DNA of 64,000 nucleotides from NCBI GenBank assembly GCA_018715495.1, contig DVLO01000021.1, positions 32,630 through 96,629 of the forward strand, read 5' to 3'. Positions within the stretch are counted from its first letter, which is position 1, and every line of letters starts with the position of its first letter. The position numbers were made by a program, and so were the translations under genes. This DNA comes from Candidatus Limihabitans stercoravium. GTDB lineage: Bacteria > Bacillota > Clostridia > Christensenellales > CAG-314. Below are positions 1 to 9,725 of the stretch, one piece after another. The notes under the pieces were generated by a model that ran no database searches, was not told where the DNA came from, and saw only the letters and a program-made list of their open reading frames with translations.

Positions 1-1779
1 GACGTAATGTTCTCTAACGCAATGGATGACGCTAAGTTTGTAATGCGTATCGGTAACTGGGAATACCACATCAACAACAAGATAAGCGCCAACGGTACAA
101 TCAACGCATTTATTTATAAAAATGCTTGGGGTGGTCCTGAAGTGGATGTAACCAACAAGCAGATTTCCGAAATGCTGAAAGCACATGTAAGACTTGAACG
201 CACAGGCGACAGCATCCGACTTATAGTCAACGGAATTGTCGTTGGCGAATACAGCGGTGCCGACACATCTACTGTTTTGGAATTCTACGCATTTAACGGC
301 AACGAACAACTTGCCAATTCGACGGTAACAATGTCCGACTTCACATTGGGCGAATACAGTCAACTCGCAATCTACGAAATTTCGGTGGACAACAATGATG
401 TTTCCATCACCGAAGGCAAGACGATGACAATCCTTCCCACAGCAACACTCAACGGACAGCCTTATGAGGATGCACTGTTTACATTCGAGTTGAAAGAAGG
501 TGAAGGAATGGTGACTCTTTCCGACGACGGCACAGTAACTGCAATTGCCGAAGGCGGAGCGTTGGTAGTGGTAAATCTTGTGGACAGCGAAGGAAATGTG
601 ATGAAATCCATTGAAGTACGTTTCACCGTTTATTCAAGACCTACCGAAAATGACATCTTGTCGGTAAACGGCGGTGCAATCTTAAACGATGACGGTTCGG
701 TGACATTCCCCACTGAAAATATCGACACAGACGGCGTGGGTGACGAACAGAACTACTCCAATCAGACTTACAGCGCTAATCTGAAACAAGTTGTCAAGGG
801 TGACTTTACAATTGAATTTACAGTCAGCGGATACAGTGAAAATGCCGATTACCCCAAATTGATGATTTCGTTGGGTGGCAGTCACAATCAGTTTTACGTA
901 GTTTACAATAACATAGGTGAAGAAAACGCAGTTTATCGCATTGAAACATTTACCAATACAATAAACGCAAGCGGATCCTACTGGGAAGCAGGAAGCTGGT
1001 GCAACAGTGCCGACTTCCGCACGGTGGAAGGATTGCAGGACTTCGATCCTCAACAACCTCACACATTCAGGATTGCAGTGGAAGGCGGTTTGTACAGAGT
1101 TTACGTTGATGACGTTGAAATAACTTCAACATTCAATGTTGACGGCACATTGCACAACATTCAGAGAAACCGCAACGATTACTATTCCGAACAACCTGTG
1201 CGCATTTCCACTAAGGGTGTTGCATGTACGGTAAGTGACATTAGTATTACTAGCGGCAGTGTAAGAAACTTCTGGTACATTGCTGACGGCGACATCACAG
1301 ACGTTACTGAAACATCCTTTACCATCACGGCAAACAACATGGGTTGGGGCGGTGAAAACCCAAGCGGTAATCAGATTGTTTACGGTACAGGTATTGCTGC
1401 AAATGCAACGGTGGAATTTGACATTCAGTTCAGCAGAAACATGACGGACGGCAAGTTCATCATCCGTATCGGCGGCAAGGCTGTAATGCTGTGCAGCAAG
1501 ACGGACGGATTCTATCTCAACCTCAACGACATGGGCTCTGACTGGGGCGAAAGCAAGTTCCCCATCGGCGCAACTCTCACTCATGTCAAGATTGAAAGAG
1601 TGGACGGTGACATCAGGATTTACGTCAACGGCAGCGAAACTGCAATTCTTGACACCACAGTAAACACCGAATACACAGGGGACGCAGGCACAGCAAGTGA
1701 CCTTTCCTTCTACGTATTCAACGAAAAGGCTGAAGACGGCGACATCACCGTAACTGTAAGCAACCTTACAGTAGCCTGA
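1..1779 (+). CDS. Secreted/surface protein, 5'-truncated by the window edge; bacterial Ig-like (Big_2-type) domain flanked by repeated jelly-roll (LamG/ConA-like) modules
   Basis: Frame 1 is open from nt 1; the listed ORF 7..1779 is only its first Met. N- and C-terminal segments repeat one pattern (KF.MRIGN...V.LER.GD.IR..VNG). The central segment ISVDNNDVSITEGKTMTI...VTAIAEGGALVVV looks Big_2-like. Same strand and context as the glycan genes downstream. Confidence 0.55.
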   Translation, partial: DVMFSNAMDDAKFVMRIGNWEYHINNKISANGTINAFIYKNAWGGPEVDVTNKQISEMLKAHVRLERTGDSIRLIVNGIVVGEYSGADTSTVLEFYAFNGNEQLANSTVTMSDFTLGEYSQLAIYEISVDNNDVSITEGKTMTILPTATLNGQPYEDALFTFELKEGEGMVTLSDDGTVTAIAEGGALVVVNLVDSEGNVMKSIEVRFTVYSRPTENDILSVNGGAILNDDGSVTFPTENIDTDGVGDEQNYSNQTYSANLKQVVKGDFTIEFTVSGYSENADYPKLMISLGGSHNQFYVVYNNIGEENAVYRIETFTNTINASGSYWEAGSWCNSADFRTVEGLQDFDPQQPHTFRIAVEGGLYRVYVDDVEITSTFNVDGTLHNIQRNRNDYYSEQPVRISTKGVACTVSDISITSGSVRNFWYIADGDITDVTETSFTITANNMGWGGENPSGNQIVYGTGIAANATVEFDIQFSRNMTDGKFIIRIGGKAVMLCSKTDGFYLNLNDMGSDWGESKFPIGATLTHVKIERVDGDIRIYVNGSETAILDTTVNTEYTGDAGTASDLSFYVFNEKAEDGDITVTVSNLTVA

Positions 1780-2064
1780 ACACATTGTACATAGTTACCG
1801 CCATGCGCCCAGCATGGCGGTAATGAAGTAATAAGACATTAAAAAATATATCAATTACATTTCAACAATTGTTCACACGTCCTTCATCAGGACGTCAAGT
1901 TGAACACAACACACAACTGCGGACGAAAAATCGTCGTAATTTTCAAGTTGCGCAATGCATCCGGGCACTGCACAACGCAAGTAAATTGTCAAGAAATTGT
2001 AAGTTTTTACAATGTAAATAAATCAATCCGCTGCTTTTATCGGTGCGGAAAACAAGAGGACATC

Positions 2065-4359
2065 ATGAAAAAAATAATTATTGCATTGCTTTGTATAGTT
2101 TTGTTGGGTACGATGACGGCTTTTGTAGCTTGTCAACCTGCACAACAGCCCACACAGGCTGCCATCCGTCTGCGCAGTGAAGCGCAACAGCAGTTGAAGG
2201 TGGGCGAAACAGTCAACCTTGTTTACTCAGTTGTAGGCAGTAATTCGGAAGTTGTCGCAACATCAAGTAATGAGAATGTCGTAGTGGCGCAGTCGGTATT
2301 TGACTACATCAAGGTGGAAGCCGTAGGTGTAGGTAGTGCCGAAGTCACACTGTCATTGAAAGACAACCCCGAAATTACTGCTAAGGTAGAGTTTACAATT
2401 ACACGTAATTTCTTTATGACGCAAAACGACTACCGCAACGGAAGTCTTGATCTCAACGGTCAGGAAACGGGTAGTGCCGTGTATGTCAAGGACGGACAAG
2501 CCCAATTGCTTGTCGATGCCATGGGCGAGGTGTGGTATTTTTCCGCACACATTGACCACATGGGATTTACCGGCGGTGACAATGGGGGTGCCTGGGGTGT
2601 AGGCTCTTTCTGGGTGGATGCCGTTCATCCCATTGGAGACACCATGTACTGGTACGCATTCCGCAATGCAGGAGACAATGCTGTCAAGTTGTACAACAGC
2701 GGTTGGAGATACGAAGCAGGTCTCAACACTTCCAAGGAATCGCTTGCAAGTGACACGGTAATTGACACAACCAACGGTGTTGACATCACAATCATCAGAG
2801 ACGGTATCAGTCATTACATAATCGTCGACGACGGCACAAACATTGTCAAGGACAGATTCGACGTTCCCTATTTCGAAGGTCAGGAAACCTTCCCCGGAGT
2901 TTTCGGGCAAAACCAAGTACTGACAATCACGAACTACAAGGCAAGTAACAACGCCGAAGAAGTTTACAAGGTACTTGAAACATTCCAGGTTGCCGAAAGC
3001 ATTGAAATCAACGCAGTGGACAACCGCATTGTGGCGGGCAGAACATACAATCTCACAACGAAGGTATTGCCTGAAATCACATTCAACAAGAATGTTACCT
3101 ACACTTTGAAGGAAGATGTTGAGGGCGTTACATTGAGTCCCGACGGTGTGGTAAGTGCAACGGCTGACGCTGTGGGCAAGAGCTTTACGGTAATTGCAAC
3201 AGCACTTTCCGACAGCAGTGTAACGGATGAATTTACATTTACCGTAGTTGCCGATCCCCAAACACAAGAGGAAGTATTTGACAGCGAACTTGTAGTAGGA
3301 AACACTACATTGCAAGACAACACTGTTTCAGCAAACGGAACAACTTACATTCCATTCAATCAACAGTTTGCAGCAGACAGGTGGTATGTCAGCGTAAACA
3401 TCACCAACAACACACCTTTTGCCGACATTGACAAGTCTGTTGTAGGACTCATGGCGTCGGACAACGGTTACATGAACTACTACTTCTTCGCAGTTGCCTA
3501 CAGCAAGGATGTAACCTGTCCTGTAATCTACGGTGCAATGGGTGAAGACAATTCCATCGCCAACGGTGTTGACGGTCCGTTGTCAGGTGCAACCGTCACC
3601 AACATTTCGTTGTTAAAGGACGGCAACGAATTGCTGATTTTTGCAGGAGACAAGATGTACAAGCGTATCATCATGTCGTCAGGAACATTCTTCCCCGTAA
3701 TTTACACGCAGTCGGCAACGGCAACCATCGAAGTTGTTGAGGCTTCTACAGATGACGCAGTAGTGGACAGTAAATTGGACGAACATCCTTTCTTTGTTGG
3801 TTCTTACGTTGACAAACAAGGTGACAGCTACATCATTGCTTCTCATGATTTCGGTGAAGCAGACAACATGAACTGGCCACCCGACAACGACTACATCAAC
3901 GGTCTGAAACTTGCAACTTCACTTAACAGCAACTTTACAGTACAGTTTACAATGTCCGACATCAAGCCTTACGTGCTGGGAAACGGCGACATTGACTCAA
4001 AAATACTTGTATATCTCAAGAGCGAACGTACAACCTGCAGTTTGCAGTTTGTAATCAAGAAAAACGCCTCAACAGGTGGTAAAACAGTGTACAGTTTCGT
4101 TGCAAACCTTGACGACGCAACATGGGAAGAATACCTGCTTCCAAGCGGTATTGACATTTCAAGCGGTAATGTGGACATCAGGATTGTACGAAATGATACC
4201 AACGTTCAGTTGTTTATCAACGGTACGGAGTGTTTCCAAGGCGAAGCATTCATGCAGAACAATGGTGAGTGGAACCAGTCTACTGTAGCAACACCCGGTA
4301 TCGGTACCTTCCGATGCGGAGTGACCATCACCAATCCTACAATTTCACTAAACAACTAA
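2065..4359 (+). CDS. Surface lipoprotein with Big_2-type Ig-like domains and jelly-roll modules
   Basis: Internal ATG at 2065 preceded by AAGAGGA. Signal peptide plus lipobox MKKIIIALLCIVLLGTMTAFVAC. Two Big_2-like segments (LKVGETVNLVY..., IVAGRTYNLTTKVLPE...). The 1900 start in the track is an upstream extension. Confidence 0.7.
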   Translation: MKKIIIALLCIVLLGTMTAFVACQPAQQPTQAAIRLRSEAQQQLKVGETVNLVYSVVGSNSEVVATSSNENVVVAQSVFDYIKVEAVGVGSAEVTLSLKDNPEITAKVEFTITRNFFMTQNDYRNGSLDLNGQETGSAVYVKDGQAQLLVDAMGEVWYFSAHIDHMGFTGGDNGGAWGVGSFWVDAVHPIGDTMYWYAFRNAGDNAVKLYNSGWRYEAGLNTSKESLASDTVIDTTNGVDITIIRDGISHYIIVDDGTNIVKDRFDVPYFEGQETFPGVFGQNQVLTITNYKASNNAEEVYKVLETFQVAESIEINAVDNRIVAGRTYNLTTKVLPEITFNKNVTYTLKEDVEGVTLSPDGVVSATADAVGKSFTVIATALSDSSVTDEFTFTVVADPQTQEEVFDSELVVGNTTLQDNTVSANGTTYIPFNQQFAADRWYVSVNITNNTPFADIDKSVVGLMASDNGYMNYYFFAVAYSKDVTCPVIYGAMGEDNSIANGVDGPLSGATVTNISLLKDGNELLIFAGDKMYKRIIMSSGTFFPVIYTQSATATIEVVEASTDDAVVDSKLDEHPFFVGSYVDKQGDSYIIASHDFGEADNMNWPPDNDYINGLKLATSLNSNFTVQFTMSDIKPYVLGNGDIDSKILVYLKSERTTCSLQFVIKKNASTGGKTVYSFVANLDDATWEEYLLPSGIDISSGNVDIRIVRNDTNVQLFINGTECFQGEAFMQNNGEWNQSTVATPGIGTFRCGVTITNPTISLNN

Positions 4360-4372
4360 TCAGGAGTTACAG

Positions 4373-6100
4373 ATGAAGTATTTATTCAGATTATTCAGTC
4401 TTGTGCTGTGCATTGTGACGGTTGCAACCTCTCTTGTTGCGTGCAACGGAACACCTGAGATTGAGTACACCAAGTACGAACAATCCACAGTGCAGTTCAA
4501 CGCCAACAGCGATGTAAACGACGACAGTTACAACACGCAGTTGTACTACCGCAATGATTTAAATCAGGACATGGGCGATCCCATGATGATTTACGACAAC
4601 GGAGTGTTTTACGCCTACGGCACACGTGGTGTTACTAATTTTCAAGTAATCACAAGTACGGATCTTACCAATTGGACGGCTTCACAGGTGTGTTTTACCC
4701 CTCAACCCGGCAGTTGGGGAACAACCGACTTGTGGGCGCCAGACATTCAGAAAATAGGGGACAAGTGGTACTTGTACTACACAGCAAAGTACGTTGATCC
4801 CGAAACACGAGAGGAAAACTGTCAGATGGGCGTTGCTATCGGTGACAGTCCCATGGGACCATTTGTGCAGTACACGGGGATAAATGCAAACGGCGAAACA
4901 ATCACTCTTGCTGATCCTGCATTTGCTTGGAAGGGACACACAATATTGGATTCACATGTATTCCAGGATGACGACGGACAATTGTACATGTATTTCAGTT
5001 ATGATACAAACACAGCCAAGAAACCACATGAAGAAGATCCGTTGGAAAATCCCGACACAGGCACATCGGAAATTTACGGTGTCAAGATGAAAGACCCCGT
5101 AACCTGGGACTTTTCTACACTGACAAGACTTATCAGCGCAGGCTACAAGAACCTTGACGAAACAACAAGGTCGATCGATTGGGAAACATGGTCGCCCTCT
5201 TTTGCAGGACGTATGGAATGTGTCGAAGGTCCTTACATGATCAAGAGAGACGGAAAGTACTTCCTTACTTACACAGCAAATAGTTACGTTGATACCGAAT
5301 ATGCAGTAGGTTACGCAGTGAGCGATTCTCCCCTTGGCAAGTACGACAAGCCAAACGATACCTATCTTGAAAACATGTTGTTGGGTGTTCCGGGACAGAC
5401 AGGAACCTACATCAATACAAGATATCTTGGTTTCACCACAGGTACAGGACACGCTTCAATCTGCAAGGTAGGCGAACAGTACATGTTTGCGTACCACGCT
5501 CACTACAACAGACACAAGTGGGGCGAACTGGAAGATCAGTACCCTGGAAAGACCGAATGGCGTGCCCTGGGTTACGACTACCTGTTGTTTGACGACAACG
5601 GTAATCCCTACACCAACGGACCTACCTATTCTTTGGTAAATCTTCCCGAAGTTGTCAGCGGTTACACAAATCTTGCAACCAAGGCGACAATCAAGGCGGA
5701 AGGCAAGGACGCTCAGTATCTCAACGATCAGTACACCAACCGTGCATTCAACACTGATGAGATTTGCAAGGAAACTCAGTTCGAAGCAGGTACAAGAAGT
5801 ATTGAAATAGTGTTCGACAGCCCTGTGTACGTCAAGGCAGTCAACGTTTACAATTCCTACGATTACAACAAGAAGACAGACTTCATTTCGCAGATTGATT
5901 TCGGCGAAGGACGTGGAATCGTCAACGTGCTTTTCAACCAACGTTACCTGAATTTCGACACCAAGTGGATATATCCACACTCTGCGTACAACATCGAACT
6001 GGAAGAAATGTTGTACACCGACAGAATTGTAATTACCTTTGAAAGCGACAAAGACTTCGCCTTGGGCGAAATAGAAATCATCGGAAAGGAGAAGATATGA
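4373..6100 (+). CDS. Glycoside hydrolase family 43 lipoprotein (arabinofuranosidase/xylosidase-type) with C-terminal beta-sandwich domain
   Basis: Lipobox LVAC. GH43 hallmarks DLWAPDIQKIGDKWYLYYTA, ILDSHVFQDDDGQLYMYFS, VEGPYMIKRDGKYFLTYTA. RBS CAGGAG. Confidence 0.85.
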   Translation: MKYLFRLFSLVLCIVTVATSLVACNGTPEIEYTKYEQSTVQFNANSDVNDDSYNTQLYYRNDLNQDMGDPMMIYDNGVFYAYGTRGVTNFQVITSTDLTNWTASQVCFTPQPGSWGTTDLWAPDIQKIGDKWYLYYTAKYVDPETREENCQMGVAIGDSPMGPFVQYTGINANGETITLADPAFAWKGHTILDSHVFQDDDGQLYMYFSYDTNTAKKPHEEDPLENPDTGTSEIYGVKMKDPVTWDFSTLTRLISAGYKNLDETTRSIDWETWSPSFAGRMECVEGPYMIKRDGKYFLTYTANSYVDTEYAVGYAVSDSPLGKYDKPNDTYLENMLLGVPGQTGTYINTRYLGFTTGTGHASICKVGEQYMFAYHAHYNRHKWGELEDQYPGKTEWRALGYDYLLFDDNGNPYTNGPTYSLVNLPEVVSGYTNLATKATIKAEGKDAQYLNDQYTNRAFNTDEICKETQFEAGTRSIEIVFDSPVYVKAVNVYNSYDYNKKTDFISQIDFGEGRGIVNVLFNQRYLNFDTKWIYPHSAYNIELEEMLYTDRIVITFESDKDFALGEIEIIGKEKI

Positions 6101-7626
6101 TGAAAAACGCAAAAATGTTTTTTAGAGTGGTTGCCTTGTGTATGGTGCTTGTATTTTCGTTGTCCTTTGCGACAGCGTGTAACCCTTCGGGCAGCGGCAT
6201 GGTCAACGACCTGAAATTCGACGAATACGGCGAAATTATTTTTGACGGTACCGAACTTACAGTGTGGTCGGTAATCGGTGAACCTGACAATGCCTACCTT
6301 GATGTTGTCAACAAACAGTTCAATGACTACTACGCTTCTAACGGATTGTCCGCTAAGATTGTGTCGTTGTCGGTAGGCGACTTCTACACACAACTTGCAA
6401 ATACAATCAACACCGACCCCGAATCGGCGCCCGATGTGGTAATTTACCACAGCGAACGACTGACAGACCTTGCAAATTCCAAGATTATTCTTCCTATGGA
6501 TGAGTATTTCGAGGCTATTCCCAACAATGATTTTTCAACGGACAACTACTACCGGTCGCTGATGCAGGAATGTATGTATGACGGCAAGGTGTACGGTGTT
6601 CCGCTGGATGTTCACGGCGGAATGTGGTACGTTCGTACAGACATTCTTGAAAAGAACGGTCTGGAAATGCCCACTTCATTGTCAGAATTTGTTGAAGTGT
6701 GCAATCAGCTCATCACATTGTACGAAGAAGGACGTCTGTGGCACAGGGCAATGGACAAGACCAATCCTGCTAACTGCAACTGGACTCAGGCTAAAGACCT
6801 TGGCGAACATTTCTACCCCGTGGTAATGAGTGATGAAGGAGGTATCGAAAACGGCTGGATTCCTCAAACGGCAGTGCTGCAAAACGGCGGTAAATTGGTG
6901 GGCGAAAACGGCAGACCTGCCTGGAACACCGACGCACTGGTTGAAGTAATGACAATGTTCCGCAATTGGCAGTCCGGAGAAGGTGACTTTAACGGTACTC
7001 CTTACGCAGGCAAATTCGTAGAAGGTAACGACGACGCTCAGACCGTGTGGTCCAAGTTGTCAAGCGGTGCGGCTGTGTTCAGTTGTGAAGGACCGTGGTT
7101 CGCCGAACAACGTCTTGAAGAATACAACGCAGTGCTTGGAAGTCTTACAGACTCACAGGGCAAGACTTACAGTCCTCTGGGATTACTCAACATGTCCAAG
7201 TTGTACGCACTTGATGAGAACAGTGCAGACGCAAGCAAGATTTACGGAGTAGGACACACATTCTCCATTTCACGTACTGTAACAAGCATGACAAAGGCAG
7301 TGGGTGCTGCGTTGTACGCTCAGTACATGACGGAACACTCCATGGATTACCTGCAAGGCGGACACCTTCCTGCTTACAAGGCAATCTACGAATCGGAAGA
7401 ATTCAAGAGCCAACCTTTCTACCAACAGTATTTACAAGCCTTCGGTTCACCCGAAAACTACGTGACACTGGGCAATACAGCCTACTACACCGAAGTTTAC
7501 GAACAGTTGAAGGGCGTTTACATCGACATCTTTACTGCAAGTAAACTCAATAAGACACCTCAAGAAATTGTAACAGACAGATTCAACACTGCACTTGCAT
7601 TGATTGAAGCGGATGAGGAACTGTAA
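6097..7626 (+). CDS. ABC transporter extracellular sugar-binding lipoprotein (CUT1 family)
   Basis: Start overlaps the GH43 stop (ATGATGA). Lipobox FATAC. Size and position immediately 5' of two MalF/MalG-type permeases. Confidence 0.85.
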   Translation: MMKNAKMFFRVVALCMVLVFSLSFATACNPSGSGMVNDLKFDEYGEIIFDGTELTVWSVIGEPDNAYLDVVNKQFNDYYASNGLSAKIVSLSVGDFYTQLANTINTDPESAPDVVIYHSERLTDLANSKIILPMDEYFEAIPNNDFSTDNYYRSLMQECMYDGKVYGVPLDVHGGMWYVRTDILEKNGLEMPTSLSEFVEVCNQLITLYEEGRLWHRAMDKTNPANCNWTQAKDLGEHFYPVVMSDEGGIENGWIPQTAVLQNGGKLVGENGRPAWNTDALVEVMTMFRNWQSGEGDFNGTPYAGKFVEGNDDAQTVWSKLSSGAAVFSCEGPWFAEQRLEEYNAVLGSLTDSQGKTYSPLGLLNMSKLYALDENSADASKIYGVGHTFSISRTVTSMTKAVGAALYAQYMTEHSMDYLQGGHLPAYKAIYESEEFKSQPFYQQYLQAFGSPENYVTLGNTAYYTEVYEQLKGVYIDIFTASKLNKTPQEIVTDRFNTALALIEADEEL

Positions 7627-7650
7627 ATCGTTCCCTGGTGGAGATAAACA

Positions 7651-8733
7651 ATGAAGAAACTGACTACTATCAGCGATTACGCATTACATACCGAAAAGAA
7701 ACGGGAATTTTTAAAGCGTTACGGCGTGGCGTTTGTGTTTCTTGCGCCCTTCCTGTTTTTCTTCCTGCTGTTTTGCGTCTATCCTCTGTTTTACGGTATC
7801 GTGATGTCGTTGTTCAAGTTCAACATTGCCGATTACACGCAAAACGAATGGCGTGGCTTGAAAAACTTCATCACCTTACTGTTCAGTTACTCCAATACCT
7901 ACTACCAGAACTTCTGGTATTCCATGAAGAACACCCTGTGGTTTGTGGTTATACTTGTTCCCCTTGCAATTGTTGTGCCGTTGGTAATGGCTATACTTGT
8001 CAACGCACAACCTAAGGGTTACAAGATATTCCGTGCAATAATTTACCTTCCGTCTATATTGCCCGTTTCGGCAAGCGGTGTAATTTTCGTTTCGCTGTTC
8101 GGAACCAATTTCGGTTACCTCAACCAGTGGATGGGTACGACAATCGATTGGCTGGGCGGAGTGGAAACGGCTAAACTGGTCATCATCCTGCTGTGTATGT
8201 GGGGTGGATGGGGCGGAAACTTCATCATTCTTTCCGCAGGATTGAAGAACGTCAACAAGTCGCTGTACGAAGCGGCAAGCGTTGACGGTTGTGTGGGCTT
8301 CCGCCGAACGCTTGCGGTGACGTTGCCCGCAATCAAACAACAGTTGGTGTTGTGTATATTTACTACAATTATAGGGTACTTCGGATTGTACGGACAGGTT
8401 TACGTCCTGACCAACGGCGGTCCTAACATTGACGTGAACGGTCAGGCTTACGGTGCGACAATGACAATCATGTGGTATCTGCAAAGCTGTATTCAGGGCG
8501 GCAATTTCAACGTTTACGGCATGGTAAGTGCAATGGGTTTGTTGCTGGGCGCATTTATCGGAATACTCACCGGAATACAGTTGTGGTTGACCCGTGACAA
8601 GAAGAGCGGCACCAAGATTTCCGCTCAATTCAGTCAGTATGTTGCGGAGAAGAAGTTGTCTACGGCAACACAGTCTGCAACGACCGTCACTGTGAATACG
8701 CAGGACGTAACCAAGGAGAAAGACAATGAGTAG
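7651..8733 (+). CDS. Sugar ABC transporter permease (MalF/UgpA-type)
   Basis: Multi-pass membrane protein. EAA-loop region EAASVDGCVGFRRTLAVTLPAIK. RBS GGTGGAG. Confidence 0.9.
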   Translation: MKKLTTISDYALHTEKKREFLKRYGVAFVFLAPFLFFFLLFCVYPLFYGIVMSLFKFNIADYTQNEWRGLKNFITLLFSYSNTYYQNFWYSMKNTLWFVVILVPLAIVVPLVMAILVNAQPKGYKIFRAIIYLPSILPVSASGVIFVSLFGTNFGYLNQWMGTTIDWLGGVETAKLVIILLCMWGGWGGNFIILSAGLKNVNKSLYEAASVDGCVGFRRTLAVTLPAIKQQLVLCIFTTIIGYFGLYGQVYVLTNGGPNIDVNGQAYGATMTIMWYLQSCIQGGNFNVYGMVSAMGLLLGAFIGILTGIQLWLTRDKKSGTKISAQFSQYVAEKKLSTATQSATTVTVNTQDVTKEKDNE

Positions 8734-9712
8734 CACTTTGATTTGGGCAATTGCGGTTGTGGTTGCAATACTGCTTGCACTGGTGGTGTTGGATTGCGTT
8801 GTCATGAGTCTTAAAAAACGTCGCATGATGCCGACAGGCAAACTTGGACAGTATTTTTCAAGAAACTTGTTGAAGTTCAATGCCTTTGTTATTTTGTTTA
8901 TATTCTGTGCGGTGTGGCTTGTCCCGTTGATCGTGGGGGTGTTGGGATCCTTTACATCTCAGTACACCTTCGAAAACGCTCCGGGACAACTCATTCCTCC
9001 CGACGGATTTACCTTTCAGAACTACATAGATTTGTTCACCAAGATAGACATGTCAACCGGCGAAGCCTATCCCATTGCAAGGTGGGTTTTAAACAGTTTC
9101 ATTGTTGCTACCGCTTGTACGCTGTTTGGATTACTGATTGGCGGACTTGCAGCCTACGCATTTGTTTTCTTGCGTTTCAAGTTCCGCAACGTGCTGTTTG
9201 CCTTCCTGCTGTTTACAATGGTAATTCCCGGTGTGGCTACAATGACGCCACAGCTTGCCAACATTTCCAATCTGGGTATGGCAAGGTCGTTGTGGGCATT
9301 GATATTACCTTCACTGGGCGGTGTAGGCGGACTGTATCTCATCAGACAGTTTTTTCTGGGTATTCCTAAGGAACTCATCGAATCGGCACGCATGGACGGA
9401 ATGAGCGATTTCAGTATTTTCAGAAAAATAGTGCTTCCGTTGGGTAAATCGGTGTTTCTGGTGCAGGGACTGTTCACGTTCATGGGTTCGTGGAATGATT
9501 TGCTGTGGCCTCAGATCATACTTGGCACAGCCGACAAATCACTGTGGACATTGCAGGTAGGTATTGCCTACATTTCATCAAGCAAGACGGCAAATACAAT
9601 CGGTCTTGGACTTGCAAGTGCAATAATCAGTGCCATTCCCATGTTGATATTGTACATCATCACTCAAAACAAGATTGTCGAAGGCGTAAGCGGTACAGGT
9701 ATAAAAGCCTGA
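8726..9712 (+). CDS. Sugar ABC transporter permease (MalG/UgpE-type) with an extra N-terminal TM helix
   Basis: EAA loop ESARMDGMSDFSIFRKIVLPLGK. Overlaps the upstream permease by 8 nt. RBS AAGGAGAAAG. Confidence 0.9.
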   Translation: MSSTLIWAIAVVVAILLALVVLDCVVMSLKKRRMMPTGKLGQYFSRNLLKFNAFVILFIFCAVWLVPLIVGVLGSFTSQYTFENAPGQLIPPDGFTFQNYIDLFTKIDMSTGEAYPIARWVLNSFIVATACTLFGLLIGGLAAYAFVFLRFKFRNVLFAFLLFTMVIPGVATMTPQLANISNLGMARSLWALILPSLGGVGGLYLIRQFFLGIPKELIESARMDGMSDFSIFRKIVLPLGKSVFLVQGLFTFMGSWNDLLWPQIILGTADKSLWTLQVGIAYISSSKTANTIGLGLASAIISAIPMLILYIITQNKIVEGVSGTGIKA

Positions 9713-9725
9713 TTCAGGAGAAAAT

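Noticed and set aside
1900-2064. Upstream extension of the lipoprotein ORF (and similar extensions at 21162-21245, 23542-23631, 24766-24849, 50244-50579, 43670-43729, 44892-44924, 56078-56143)
   Set aside because: In each case an internal ATG or GTG is preceded by a good Shine-Dalgarno sequence and begins a recognisable signal peptide or conserved N-terminus. The extensions cover terminators, NrdR boxes or the preceding gene.
2353-3315. Long antisense ORFs inside real genes: 1126..1785, 2353..3315, 5456..6112, 7876..8880, 9819..10748, 13408..13971, 21549..22217, 22944..23663, 23974..24471, 28470..29198, 31901..32386, 34617..35054, 42938..43510, 48267..48926, 49507..50556, 51899..52648
   Set aside because: Each lies opposite a gene with clear family motifs. 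The products are Cys/His/Arg/Val-rich with no motifs, no RBS and no operon logic. This is typical shadow-ORF behaviour.
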